A stretch of DNA of 64,000 bases from NCBI GenBank assembly GCA_009694135.1, contig SHVS01000010.1:5780-69779 (forward strand), given 5' to 3'. Source of the DNA: Alphaproteobacteria bacterium. GTDB taxonomy: Bacteria; Pseudomonadota; Alphaproteobacteria; UBA6615. This document shows, piece by piece, positions 27,860 to 36,772 of the stretch (positions are counted from its first letter, which is position 1; each line of letters begins with the position of its first letter). The notes below the pieces were generated by a model that was not told where the DNA came from, made no database searches, and saw only the letters and a list, made by a program, of their open reading frames with translations. A program made the translations under genes and the position numbers.

Positions 27860-28608
27860 GCGACCAACGGCAAATTGGCCGGAGGCAGTGACTTGAGGAT
27901 CGCCGCGGCGTCGGAGGGATGCTCGACCTGCTCGTCGCTGCCCAGCCGCCCGTCGCGGAACCGCAGGATACGCTTGGCGAAGGCGGCGATCTCCGGCTCA
28001 TGCGTGACCACGACCACGGTCAAGCCGGAGCGATTGAGGCGCTGGAAGATCGCCATGATCTCATAGCCGGTGCGGCTATCCAGCGCGCCGGTCGGCTCAT
28101 CGGCCAGGATCAACAGCGGCCGGCCGACAATGGTGCGCGCGATCGCCACGCGTTGTTGCTGGCCGCCGGAAAGCTGCAAGGGCCGGTGGTTCATGCGGTC
28201 GCCGAGGCCCACTTCGGTCAGCGCGGCTGCAGCCATCTCGCGTCGTTCGCGTCGCCCGCGGCGCGAATAGATCAGCGGCAGCTCGACATTGTCGAGCGCG
28301 CTCGCCCGCGCCAGCAGGTTGAAGGACTGGAAGACGAAGCCAAGCTTCTGGTTGCGGATGGCCGCAAGCCGGTCGCGCGACAGGCGGGAAATATCCTCGC
28401 CCTCGAGCAAGTATTTGCCGGCCGTGGGCGTATCGAGGCAGCCGAGCAAATTCATGAATGTCGATTTGCCGGAACCCGAAGGCCCCATCACCGCGACGAA
28501 TTCTCCATGCTCGATCTTGACCGAGACATCGACGAGGGCATGCACGGCCTCGGACCCCATCCGATAGTCCTTCGCCAGAGCGATGGTTTCGATCAGCGGG
28601 CCGCTCAC
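27856..28608 (-). CDS. ABC transporter ATP-binding protein (MacB/LolD-like)
   Basis: [34 protein letters not shown]. 4-nt overlap with the permease gene. Confidence 0.85.
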   Translation of the reverse strand: MSGPLIETIALAKDYRMGSEAVHALVDVSVKIEHGEFVAVMGPSGSGKSTFMNLLGCLDTPTAGKYLLEGEDISRLSRDRLAAIRNQKLGFVFQSFNLLARASALDNVELPLIYSRRGRRERREMAAAALTEVGLGDRMNHRPLQLSGGQQQRVAIARTIVGRPLLILADEPTGALDSRTGYEIMAIFQRLNRSGLTVVVVTHEPEIAAFAKRILRFRDGRLGSDEQVEHPSDAAAILKSLPPANLPLVA

Positions 28609-28610
28609 GA

Positions 28611-30350
28611 CTAGAACCCGAAGCGCAGGCGCGGCGCCCCGCCGACCGCCGGTTGCGCCGCCGAAGTCGTGTCGAGGCCGATGACCACGCGCGCGCCGGC
28701 GTCGAGGCCCGACACGATCTCGGTGTAAGCCGCGTCGGCCAAGCCGATCTGCACCGCGACCGGAGTTGGCTTGCCCTCCGCGCCGAGGATGAACACGCGG
28801 CCCGGGCGCGTGGCTGCTTGCGTTGCCTGCCCACGGCGGTCGGATTGCAGCTGCCGGTATTTGACCTGCTGTTCGGGCGTCAGCGCCGCGGAGACGATTT
28901 GCAACAGCGGATTCTGCGCCTGGCCGCGATTGTTCTGTCCGCCGCCGCCGCCGCCAATGGCGACGCCGGGGACTCCACCGCCCTGCCCGCCACCCGCTCC
29001 CGGTTGTCCTGGTGCGCCATTCTGCACCTGTGCGCGCTGTGCCTGTTGACGCTCGCGCAGCGCAGTCAGTGCAGTGCGAATCTGCTCCTGCTGCTCGGGC
29101 GTAAGCTCCAGATCCTTGGCGAGTTGCTCGATCTCCTGGCCTTGCCCGCCCTGGCCGCCGCGTCCGGCGCCCCCACCTTGCGCCGTGGGCGTGCCGGCCG
29201 CAGCTGGCGCCGCGGCGGGCGCAGACTCGTCGGCCGGCCGGAAGCGCAGCGCCGCGTTGGGCCCGCGCAGCACATTGCGCCGCTCATTCATGATGACGCG
29301 CACGTCGGCGGTCATGCCCGGCATCAGCCGCAACTCGGGGTTGGCGGCGGCGACCACGACCTTATAGGTCACAACATTCTGCACCGTCTGCGGCGCCATG
29401 CGGATCAAGCGCACCGCGCCATCGAATTCACGATCGGGGAAGGCATCGACGGTGAAGGTCACGCGCTGGCCGACGTTCACGCGGCCGATATCGGCTTCGT
29501 TCACATTGACCTCGACCTGCATCAAGCCAAGGTCCTGGGCGATGGTGAACAGGGTCGGCGCCTGCATAGTGGCCGCTACAGTCTGGCCGACATCGACTTG
29601 GCGATCGATCACCACGCCATCGACCGGCGAACGAATGAAGGTGTGGTCGAGATCGACGCGGTCGGAGGACAGCGCCGCCTCGCGCATCTTCACCTGCGAT
29701 TTGGCGATCTGGACTTCCGCCTTGGCCATTTCGAGTTGCGCCGCGCGCGCCGCGACGGTGGACACCTGCGCCAATTCATCGGCCACGGTGGCATCGCGAT
29801 TGGCCAGTGCTTTTTCATAGGCGCCTTGCGCGTTCTGCAACTGCGCCTCGGAGACAATGCGCTTTTCGAACAGCTCCTGCTGGCGCTTCAGATCGCGCTC
29901 CGTATCCGCTACCACGACACGCGCATTTTTGGCCCGCGCTGACGTGGCCGACGCGGCGGCCTGCGAATTTTTAAGATCGGCCTCGGCGCGGATCACGGCG
30001 GCTTCCTGCTGCGAAACGGTCGCGACCGCGACCGCCAGCTCGGCCTCGCGCTGGCGCACCTTGGCTTCCAGATTTTCCGGGTTGAGGCGAGCGATGACCT
30101 GGTCCTTGGTCACGCGGGTGTTGTAATCGGCGCCCAGCGACATGATCTGGCCGGAAATCTGGCTGCCGACGTTAACCGTGACGACGGCCTTCAGCGTGCC
30201 GGTGGCGGAAACCGCGTTAACCACCGCGCCACGCTCGATCGTAGCCAGGCGATAATTGGCCGGGCCGGCCGCGGATCGACTGTAAAACAGGTACCACGCC
30301 CCGGCCCCAACCAACGCAAGCAACATCAGGAACGCCAGCAGCTTACGCAT
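28611..30350 (-). CDS. MacA/HlyD-type periplasmic adaptor with a Gly/Gln-rich insert carrying two LTPEQ motifs
   Basis: Start ATG 30350 (MRKLLAFLMLLALVGAGAW) lies after GAAGGGG. There is a long alpha-hairpin region. The barrel domains are interrupted by an insert of about 150 aa (about 28800-29230). Confidence 0.8.
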   Translation of the reverse strand: MRKLLAFLMLLALVGAGAWYLFYSRSAAGPANYRLATIERGAVVNAVSATGTLKAVVTVNVGSQISGQIMSLGADYNTRVTKDQVIARLNPENLEAKVRQREAELAVAVATVSQQEAAVIRAEADLKNSQAAASATSARAKNARVVVADTERDLKRQQELFEKRIVSEAQLQNAQGAYEKALANRDATVADELAQVSTVAARAAQLEMAKAEVQIAKSQVKMREAALSSDRVDLDHTFIRSPVDGVVIDRQVDVGQTVAATMQAPTLFTIAQDLGLMQVEVNVNEADIGRVNVGQRVTFTVDAFPDREFDGAVRLIRMAPQTVQNVVTYKVVVAAANPELRLMPGMTADVRVIMNERRNVLRGPNAALRFRPADESAPAAAPAAAGTPTAQGGGAGRGGQGGQGQEIEQLAKDLELTPEQQEQIRTALTALRERQQAQRAQVQNGAPGQPGAGGGQGGGVPGVAIGGGGGGQNNRGQAQNPLLQIVSAALTPEQQVKYRQLQSDRRGQATQAATRPGRVFILGAEGKPTPVAVQIGLADAAYTEIVSGLDAGARVVIGLDTTSAAQPAVGGAPRLRFGF

Positions 30351-30606
30351 CGCCCAACCCCTTCGCGCCGGCCGCAACATGTCCGCGCATTACCGCTCTA
30401 TCGTGGCGGACCGATCCGCATACCAGTCGCCCCAGACCCGCCACCCTTCACGGCCGGTCCGAAGCGCATCCGTCGCCATGCCTGGCAAACAACTGTATGT
30501 TGCTCGATCGACGGAAGTGGTGCAGCCCGGGCGTGATGCAGTCAGAGGCAACGTTGCGATCCATCCACGGCCAGGCGACTGGCTAACCCTATGGGAGGCT
30601 GATGTA

Positions 30607-31107
30607 ATGCGCAAATTTGGCGGCTTAGTTCTTCTCGCCCTCGCGACCATCCTGGCGTTCAGTTCTGGATCGCCGACCGAGGCGCAGGAGCGAAGCCGCG
30701 GCCCGCAGCGCATGATCGACGCGCTCGACGCGGACAAGGACGACCGTCTCAGCCTGGCCGAAATCGAGGCCGAGCAGAAGCGCCTGTTCGGTATGGTCGA
30801 CGCCAATGGAGATGGCGTGCTGTCGGTGGAGGAGTTCCGGTTGCGCGGTGGGCAGCTGAGCCGCTTCGGAGCCTTCACGCTGTTTGATTTGCTTGATATC
30901 AATGGCGACCAGATGATCACGGTCGAGGAGTTGGCCGCACCGACCGAGCGCTGGCACCGGCGCTATGACACCAATGGCGATGGCGCGCTCGAAACGGTTG
31001 AGATGACTCGCGATCGCCCCGACCCGCAACAGCGCGGCGCACAGCAGCAACAGCAGCCGCAACAGCAACAGCCGCGCCGCGGGCAACAACCACCGCCGCG
31101 CCCATAA
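30607..31107 (+). CDS. Secreted four-EF-hand calcium-binding protein with a Gln/Pro-rich tail
   Basis: GGGAGG lies upstream of ATG 30607. Signal peptide. Four loops: DADKDDRLSLAE, DANGDGVLSVEE, DINGDQMITVEE, DTNGDGALETVE. Confidence 0.7.
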   Translation: MRKFGGLVLLALATILAFSSGSPTEAQERSRGPQRMIDALDADKDDRLSLAEIEAEQKRLFGMVDANGDGVLSVEEFRLRGGQLSRFGAFTLFDLLDINGDQMITVEELAAPTERWHRRYDTNGDGALETVEMTRDRPDPQQRGAQQQQQPQQQQPRRGQQPPPRP

Positions 31108-31227
31108 CAGGAACTCACGTGGTCGCTCGCAACGAACAGCGCATGGCACGCGCGGGGGGGGGTCTGGCGCGAAGGTGCGCCACGCATCCTGCCGCCGGCC
31201 GATGAGCGCGCGGCCGAGGCCGAGCTC

Positions 31228-31755
31228 ATGGCGCGCGTGGCCGAGCGCGATGTAGCCGCCTGGACCGCGATCATCGAGCGCCATCTGGGCGCATTGGTAG
31301 CGACAGCGTGGCACGTCACCGGCGACCGCGCAGAAGCCGATGACGTGGCGCAGGAAACCTTCGTCCGTCTGATGGCCAAGGCGCGCGACTGGCGCAGCGA
31401 CTGTCCCCCGCTGCGGGCTTGGCTACACCGGGTGGCTGTCAACCTGAGTATCGATCGGCGGCGTGCGCGCCGCACAGTGCCGCTCGACGAGACCATGCCC
31501 GGGCTTGAAGCGGAGTCCGGCGATCCACTGCGCGATGCCGCCATCACGCGCGCCGTCGGTCGGGTGATGGAGCAACTGCCGCGCCGCCAGCGCGCCGCGA
31601 TCGCTCTGGTGCATTACCAGGGCTTCTCCGGCCAGGAGGCGGCGCAGATGCTTGAAGTCAGCGTCGAGGCGCTCGAATCCCTGCTCGCGCGTGCTCGCCG
31701 CGCGCTACGCTTGGAACTCACACCGCTGCTCAGCAAACTGCTCGAACGCGATTAG
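31228..31755 (+). CDS. ECF-family sigma-70 factor (start may lie upstream; see the G9-tract finding)
   Basis: AEADDVAQETFVRLM (region 2). RAAIALVHYQGFSGQEAAQMLEVSVEALESLLARARR (region 4). Confidence 0.8.
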   Translation: MARVAERDVAAWTAIIERHLGALVATAWHVTGDRAEADDVAQETFVRLMAKARDWRSDCPPLRAWLHRVAVNLSIDRRRARRTVPLDETMPGLEAESGDPLRDAAITRAVGRVMEQLPRRQRAAIALVHYQGFSGQEAAQMLEVSVEALESLLARARRALRLELTPLLSKLLERD

Positions 31756-31772
31756 CCCAAGGTGCCGGGAAC

Positions 31773-32273
31773 ATGAGTGAACACATGACGATTGATCGAC
31801 TTGGCCAGCTGCTCGACGCCTATGGCGGAGAATTGGCCCGCTGGCCGGCGGAGGCTCGCGGCGCGGCGCAGACTCTGCTCGCCGGCTCGTCCGAAGCGCG
31901 TGCGCTGCTCCTCGACGCGCAACGGCTCGACGAAGCTTTGGCCATCGTTCGCCCGCCCCGGCCGAATGCCGCGGTCGCCACAAGGCTGCGCGATCTCATT
32001 GGCGGCGCGGTTGACGCACCGGCGTCGATGGCCGTTATTGCGGCTCGCCCGCTGACCCGCCCGTTGGCCGGTTTCGCGCTGGCCGCGTCCTTTGTGCTTG
32101 GCGTGACTGTGGGAGCCTATGTCGCGACGCGTGATTTGTCCCCGCCAGCCGCCGGCGGCGCCTTGGCCGATTGGGCCGCGGGCGCTCCGAACGCCGAGAC
32201 TATAGTTGTCATCGGATTGGTGGATGCTGAACCATGGCCCTACGACACTCGCATCTCTTTGACGCTTTATTGA
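31773..32273 (+). CDS. Putative single-pass anti-sigma factor
   Basis: Position directly after the ECF sigma gene. One TM segment (LAGFALAASFVLGVTVGAYV). No family motif recognised. Confidence 0.45.
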   Translation: MSEHMTIDRLGQLLDAYGGELARWPAEARGAAQTLLAGSSEARALLLDAQRLDEALAIVRPPRPNAAVATRLRDLIGGAVDAPASMAVIAARPLTRPLAGFALAASFVLGVTVGAYVATRDLSPPAAGGALADWAAGAPNAETIVVIGLVDAEPWPYDTRISLTLY

Positions 32274-32743
32274 TCGCCTCGCTGGCGCTCAACCTTTTCG
32301 CCGCCGGCATTTACGGTGGCGCGTGGTTAGGACCAAGGGTCGCCGATTGGACGTCGCCAAGGACGACGAACGCAATGCTCGCCGGCTTCGACACCGGCGA
32401 AATCATTGCCGCCTTGCCGCCGCGCGCCCGCGCGCGCGCCGCTGGGATCATGGCCGATTTCGCCGAAACCTTGCGCTTGGATCTGGCGGCGCTTGGCCCG
32501 GCGCGCGCCGACGTGATCGCCACACTGGCGCAGGATCCGTTCCGGCCGGCCGAGGCCGCCGCGGCACTCGCCCGTCTGCGCGAGAAAAGCATGATCCTGC
32601 AAGCGACCGCGCATCAGTTGGTGGCCGAAATCGCGCGCGATCTGGAACCAGCCGAGCGTGAGCGTTTCGCCCAGGCAATCTTCCAGCGTGCCATCGATGG
32701 GGTGCCGCTTGCTGGCATGATCGCGCCCGAGACGCGTGACTAG
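32234..32743 (+). CDS. Periplasmic Spy/CpxP-like protein ('heavy-metal sensor' type), membrane-anchored
   Basis: N-terminal TM, then a helical Ala/Arg/Leu-rich domain with a degenerate LxPxE(R) motif (LEPAERERF). This is the usual third gene of such ECF operons. It overlaps the preceding ORF by 40 nt, so the start is uncertain. Confidence 0.5.
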   Translation: MALRHSHLFDALLIASLALNLFAAGIYGGAWLGPRVADWTSPRTTNAMLAGFDTGEIIAALPPRARARAAGIMADFAETLRLDLAALGPARADVIATLAQDPFRPAEAAAALARLREKSMILQATAHQLVAEIARDLEPAERERFAQAIFQRAIDGVPLAGMIAPETRD

Positions 32744-32786
32744 GGGCGACCGCGCCCACTCCGGCTCCGGCAAATGATCGATCGAC

Positions 32787-32863
32787 TGGCGTCCCCGGCA
32801 GGATTTGAACCTGCGACCCCTGGTTTAGGAAACCAGTGCTCTATCCAGCTGAGCTACGGGGAC
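32787..32863 (-). tRNA. tRNA-Arg (anticodon CCU), CCA encoded
   Basis: The reverse complement GTCCCCGTAGCTCAGCTGGATAGAGCACTGGTTTCCTAAACCAGGGGTCGCAGGTTCAAATCCTGCCGGGGACGCCA folds as a cloverleaf. Acceptor stem GTCCCCG/CGGGGAC. Anticodon stem CTGGT/ACCAG with loop TTCCTAA. T-arm GCAGG TTCAAAT CCTGC. Confidence 0.9.
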
Positions 32864-32921
32864 CCAGGGAAAAGCGATAGCACCGCATAATGTGCAAGGA
32901 AAGCGGGAGTGGAAGAGAAGC

Positions 32922-33419
32922 TCAGCCGCGCGCCAGCTCCGCGCGCAACCGGGCGAGCCAGCGTTCGACCCGCCTGCGGTTCGTGCCCAGATCGCCGCGA
33001 CCATAGATAGATCGACTATACAGCGCGATGGCCGAACGTCCCGGGTCGATGGAATAAAGTCGCACGGTCACCAGATCGGGGAAACGCACCGCCGGCGTGC
33101 GCTGCACATACTCGAATTGCCCCTGTCCTGAGTCGGCGCGCAGCTGAGTGACGCGCGGCTCGGCGGCGATCACCCGCTCCCAGACCGCCACCAACCGATC
33201 GAGCGGCAGCGCGAGGATCGGCGGCGCGATATCGGCCTCCAGCTGGCAAAATGACGGCCGACAGGCGAGAAAATCATTCGGCGTGCTGCTCCGGGTAAAA
33301 TTGGCGAAGTCGAACGGCGCGACCTCGCCAATAGGTAGGAGCGCCTCCAACACACGTCCATCCCACATTATCAGCGCGAGGGCGAGCGGCGCGATGATGA
33401 GTGCGGCGCGATAAGGCAT
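32922..33419 (-). CDS. DUF1499-like protein
   Basis: N-terminal TM, then FEYVQRTPAVRFPDLVTV...ALYSRSIYGRGDLGTNRRRVERWL, which resembles the DUF1499 family. Confidence 0.6.
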   Translation of the reverse strand: MPYRAALIIAPLALALIMWDGRVLEALLPIGEVAPFDFANFTRSSTPNDFLACRPSFCQLEADIAPPILALPLDRLVAVWERVIAAEPRVTQLRADSGQGQFEYVQRTPAVRFPDLVTVRLYSIDPGRSAIALYSRSIYGRGDLGTNRRRVERWLARLRAELARG

Positions 33420-33440
33420 CAGCGTAAAGTTTCGAACTGG

Positions 33441-34247
33441 CTACCCAAGCGGGGCCGGCGGCAATTCAGCCAGCGGCGGCACCACCGTGCGGCCGAAATG
33501 CTCCCACATCCCAAGCTCGTTGACCGAGATATGCGGCTCGTAATGCGCATAGAGCGCATCAGCGAAGAGTTCGCTCGATAGGCTATCGAGGATGACTGCC
33601 CCGTCCCCATTGCCGACCGCCAACACCGCATGCACCTGGCCGCGGATACTGTCGGTCAGAATGACGATGCGCAAGGTTTCGGCGCTGTAGCCGAGGTGGC
33701 GCAGCGCGAGATATTTGGCGATGGCGAAATCTTCGCAGTCGCCCGAGCGCAGCAGGAATTCCTCCGGCGTCGCCCAGTAATCCGCTACGCCGTCGCGCAG
33801 CGCATCGTCGATATAGGGCACATCGTTGAGCGCTCGATTGACGGCGGCGAGTTGCTGCTCGCGCGGCAACATGCGCACGCGGGAGAGCAAGTCGCGCCAG
33901 GCGCGTTCGGGCACCGTGCGGCAGGTGGCCAAGTCGAACGCGCAGTCGCGCCAAGCGGCGCTGTGCGCCTTGCTCCAGTCCTGCACACGCTGCCATTGCT
34001 GCACGATTTTGCCGTCAAGATTGGCGCGCCCAAGATCAAGCGGCGTCTCGACCGAGCCGAAAACCGCTGGTCGATAGGCGCGCGCCGCCGCAGCCAGAAC
34101 GGCGAGGTTCATGCCCGTTTGCGGCAACGGGGTCACGGTGACAGCTACCGGTCCGAGCGGTGCGGGGCTCGGCGCGGGTTCCGGCGCCGGTGCGGCACAG
34201 GACACGAGCAGACCGGCCGCCAGCAGCAGCGTCAGAACATGGCGCAT
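33441..34247 (-). CDS. Transglutaminase-like cysteine peptidase (BTLCP / LapG family), lipoprotein
   Basis: Lipobox LLVSC. Catalytic Cys SGDCEDFAIAKYLALRHLG. His GQVHAVLAV. Asp AVILDSL. Confidence 0.75.
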   Translation of the reverse strand: MRHVLTLLLAAGLLVSCAAPAPEPAPSPAPLGPVAVTVTPLPQTGMNLAVLAAAARAYRPAVFGSVETPLDLGRANLDGKIVQQWQRVQDWSKAHSAAWRDCAFDLATCRTVPERAWRDLLSRVRMLPREQQLAAVNRALNDVPYIDDALRDGVADYWATPEEFLLRSGDCEDFAIAKYLALRHLGYSAETLRIVILTDSIRGQVHAVLAVGNGDGAVILDSLSSELFADALYAHYEPHISVNELGMWEHFGRTVVPPLAELPPAPLG

Positions 34248-34391
34248 GAGACCATCCCCCGCATGGCGGCCCGCATGTGCGACTCGGGCGCAGAGGCAAG
34301 TAAACGCAGCCGGGGATGAAGGGTAAATTTGCGCCGGGTGGATTCATGGGCTGGCGCCAATGGGTTGCAGTGAGTTTTTTGTGTCAAACTC

Positions 34392-35408
34392 TCAATTAGG
34401 CGGCGTCCCGCGCGGCGCCGAGAGAAGCTTGAATCGCTCCATGGCATCGACCAGCGCCGTGCGCGTGCCCGGCTCGAGCGCTGAATGTCCAGCGTCGTTG
34501 ATAACGATGTATTCGGCCTCCGGCCAGTTGCGCGCCAATTCGTCGGCAGTGACGATCGGGCAGACGATGTCGTAGCGGCCCTGGACGATGACCGCCGGGA
34601 TCGCGCGAATGCGGGCGACGCCGGCCATGAGCGCACCTTCCGGCAGAAAGATATCATTGGCGAAGTAATGCGCCTCGATGCGCGCCAAGCCGAGCGCGAC
34701 GCGCTCATCGCGGAAGCCCATCATCGTTTCGGCGCTGGGTAGCAGCGTCGAGCAGGTTCCTTCATAGGCGCTCCAGACGCGCGCCACCGGCATATGCACG
34801 TCCGGATCGGGGTGCATCAAACGCTTATGAAACGCCTGCAGCAGATCGCCGCGTTCGGCTTCGGGTATAGCCGCGACGAACTCGCGCCAAGCCTCGGGAA
34901 AAATCTCCCGCATGCCATAGAGGAACCACTGGATCTCCGATTTGCGGCACAGAAAGATGCCGCGCAGCACTAGCCCGCGCACATGTTCTGGATGCGCCTG
35001 GGCATAGGCGAGCGCCAGTGTCGAGCCCCAGGAGCCGCCGAATACGATCCACGACTCGATGCCCAGCAGCGCACGCAGTTTCTCGATATCGGCGACCAGC
35101 GCCGGGGTGGTGTTGCCCTTCGTCTCGCCATGCGGCGTCGAGCGCCCGGCGCCGCGTTGATCGAACAACACGATGCGATAGAAGGCCGGATCGAAGAAGC
35201 GCCGATGCACCGGCGTCGTCCCCGCCCCCGGCCCGCCGTGCAGGAACAACACCGGCACGCCGTCAGGAGCGCCGCTCGTCTCCCAATAGACGCCGTGCGG
35301 CGGGTCGACCTCGAGCATGCCCTTGGCGTAGGGTTCGATGGACGGATAGAGATCGAACCGTGGCGATTGGACGCTGGGTGGGCGGGCGGATGAATCATTG
35401 GCTGACAT
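34392..35408 (-). CDS. pip: Prolyl aminopeptidase (proline iminopeptidase)
   Basis: LFLHGGPGAG. Nucleophile elbow GGSWGSTLALAYA. C-terminal NDAGHSA. Confidence 0.85.
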   Translation of the reverse strand: MSANDSSARPPSVQSPRFDLYPSIEPYAKGMLEVDPPHGVYWETSGAPDGVPVLFLHGGPGAGTTPVHRRFFDPAFYRIVLFDQRGAGRSTPHGETKGNTTPALVADIEKLRALLGIESWIVFGGSWGSTLALAYAQAHPEHVRGLVLRGIFLCRKSEIQWFLYGMREIFPEAWREFVAAIPEAERGDLLQAFHKRLMHPDPDVHMPVARVWSAYEGTCSTLLPSAETMMGFRDERVALGLARIEAHYFANDIFLPEGALMAGVARIRAIPAVIVQGRYDIVCPIVTADELARNWPEAEYIVINDAGHSALEPGTRTALVDAMERFKLLSAPRGTPPN

Positions 35409-36226
35409 TGGGCGGCGACATTAGCCGGCGGAGCCTCATCGGGCCAGGGTTAGGCGCGCTCGCTAGCCTGGTTTTTCTCCTCGCCGGCGCGGCCCTGGCG
35501 GCCGGGCTGCCGCAGCTCATGCAGGACGGCGGCGCGGCCATAGTCGTGGCGGTCACCGATGGCGACACGCTCACGCTCGACGACGGGCGCGAGGTGCGGC
35601 TGGTCGGCATCCAGGCGCCCAAGCTGCCGCTCGACCGGCCCGGCTTTGTCACCTGGCCGCTGGCCGAGGCCGCCAAGTCCGCCCTGGAAGCGCGTGCGCT
35701 GGGAAAGACCGTGCGCCTCGCCTATGGCGGTGCGCACCTCGACCGCTATGGGCGCACGCTCGCCCATTTGTACCTGGACGACGGCACCTGGGTGCAGGGG
35801 GCGATGCTCGAAGCCGGGATGGCGCGCGTCTATAGCTTCGCCGACAACCGCGCTCTGGTCCCGGCGATGCTGGCGTTGGAAGGCGGGGCGCGGCGCGAAA
35901 AACGCGGGGTATGGGCCGATCCGTATTATGCGATCGTTCCGGCCGAAAGGGTGCGCGGCCAACTCGACCGCTTCGCCCTGGTCGAGGGCAAGGTGTTAAG
36001 CGCGCGCGTCGTGGACGGGCGCGGCTATCTCAATTTCGGCCCTGATTATCGCAGCGACTTCACTGTCTCGATCGCATCCAGTGACCGGCGCGAATTCGAG
36101 CGCGCGGGATTTGCGATCCCGTCCTATGCGGGCCGCCGCGTGCGGGTCCGCGGCTGGGTCGAGCTGCTCAACGGCCCGATGATCGAGGCCACCCATCCCG
36201 AGCAGATCGAGATCCTGGGGGAATGA
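35390..36226 (+). CDS. Thermonuclease (SNase-like) family protein with an N-terminal membrane anchor
   Basis: VTDGDTLTLDDGREVRLVGIQAPK...DRYGRTLAHLYLDDGTWVQGAMLEAGMARVY...RREKRGVWA. The track ORF start at 35018 was trimmed because that part is antisense to pip. Confidence 0.7.
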   Translation: MNHWLTLGGDISRRSLIGPGLGALASLVFLLAGAALAAGLPQLMQDGGAAIVVAVTDGDTLTLDDGREVRLVGIQAPKLPLDRPGFVTWPLAEAAKSALEARALGKTVRLAYGGAHLDRYGRTLAHLYLDDGTWVQGAMLEAGMARVYSFADNRALVPAMLALEGGARREKRGVWADPYYAIVPAERVRGQLDRFALVEGKVLSARVVDGRGYLNFGPDYRSDFTVSIASSDRREFERAGFAIPSYAGRRVRVRGWVELLNGPMIEATHPEQIEILGE

Positions 36227-36235
36227 TGCGGCGGC

Positions 36236-36772
36236 TCAAGCCACCGGCGGAACGATGGTCGCGAGCAGCATCTTTTCGAGCTTAATAGTCGCCGCCTCTT
36301 GGTCGATGTCCTCGACGGCGGCCAGCTCGCGCGCCAAGCGGTCAAGCGCCGCCTGATACATCTGCCGCTCGGAGTATGACTGGTCGGGCTGATCGGCGCC
36401 GCGATGCAGATCGCGCACGACTTCGGCGACCGCAACCGGATCGCCGGAATTGATCTTGGCTTCATATTCCTGCGCGCGGCGGCTCCACATCGTGCGTTTG
36501 ATGCGCACCTTGCCTTTGAGCGCCTTGAGGGCGGCGTCGATGACCTTGCGATTGGACAGCTTGCGCAGGCCGGATTTTGTCGCCTTTTCAACAGGAACCC
36601 GCAATGTCATGCGCTCTTTATCGAATTGGATGACAAAGAGCTTGAGCGTTTCGCCCGCGATCATTTGCTTTTCGATGCCGACCACGCGGCCCACGCCATG
36701 GGCCGGATAGACCACGAAATCGCCCGCGGAATATTCCAGCTGCTCGGCGGTAGCTTTCTTACCTGTCATCAC
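36236..36772 (-). CDS. carD: CarD/CdnL-family transcriptional regulator
   Basis: GDFVVYPAHGVGRVVGIEKQMIAGETLKLFVIQFDKERMTLRVP. Confidence 0.85.
   Translation of the reverse strand: MMTGKKATAEQLEYSAGDFVVYPAHGVGRVVGIEKQMIAGETLKLFVIQFDKERMTLRVPVEKATKSGLRKLSNRKVIDAALKALKGKVRIKRTMWSRRAQEYEAKINSGDPVAVAEVVRDLHRGADQPDQSYSERQMYQAALDRLARELAAVEDIDQEAATIKLEKMLLATIVPPVA

Noticed and set aside
30484-30505. TGGCAAACAACTGTATGTTGCT resembling a sigma-54 promoter upstream of the EF-hand gene
   Set aside because: The GG and GC dinucleotides are 16 nt apart instead of the required 10.
26627-32863. Genomic island integrated at the 3' end of tRNA-Arg(CCU)
   Set aside because: No integrase is present, I could find no direct repeat of the tRNA 3' end, and there is no obvious compositional break. 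The adjacency of accessory genes to the tRNA may be coincidental.
35018-35389. N-terminal 124 codons of track ORF 35018..36226
   Set aside because: This part overlaps the pip coding region in antisense and is Arg/Pro/Ala-rich. The SNase-like protein begins plausibly at ATG 35390 with a membrane anchor.
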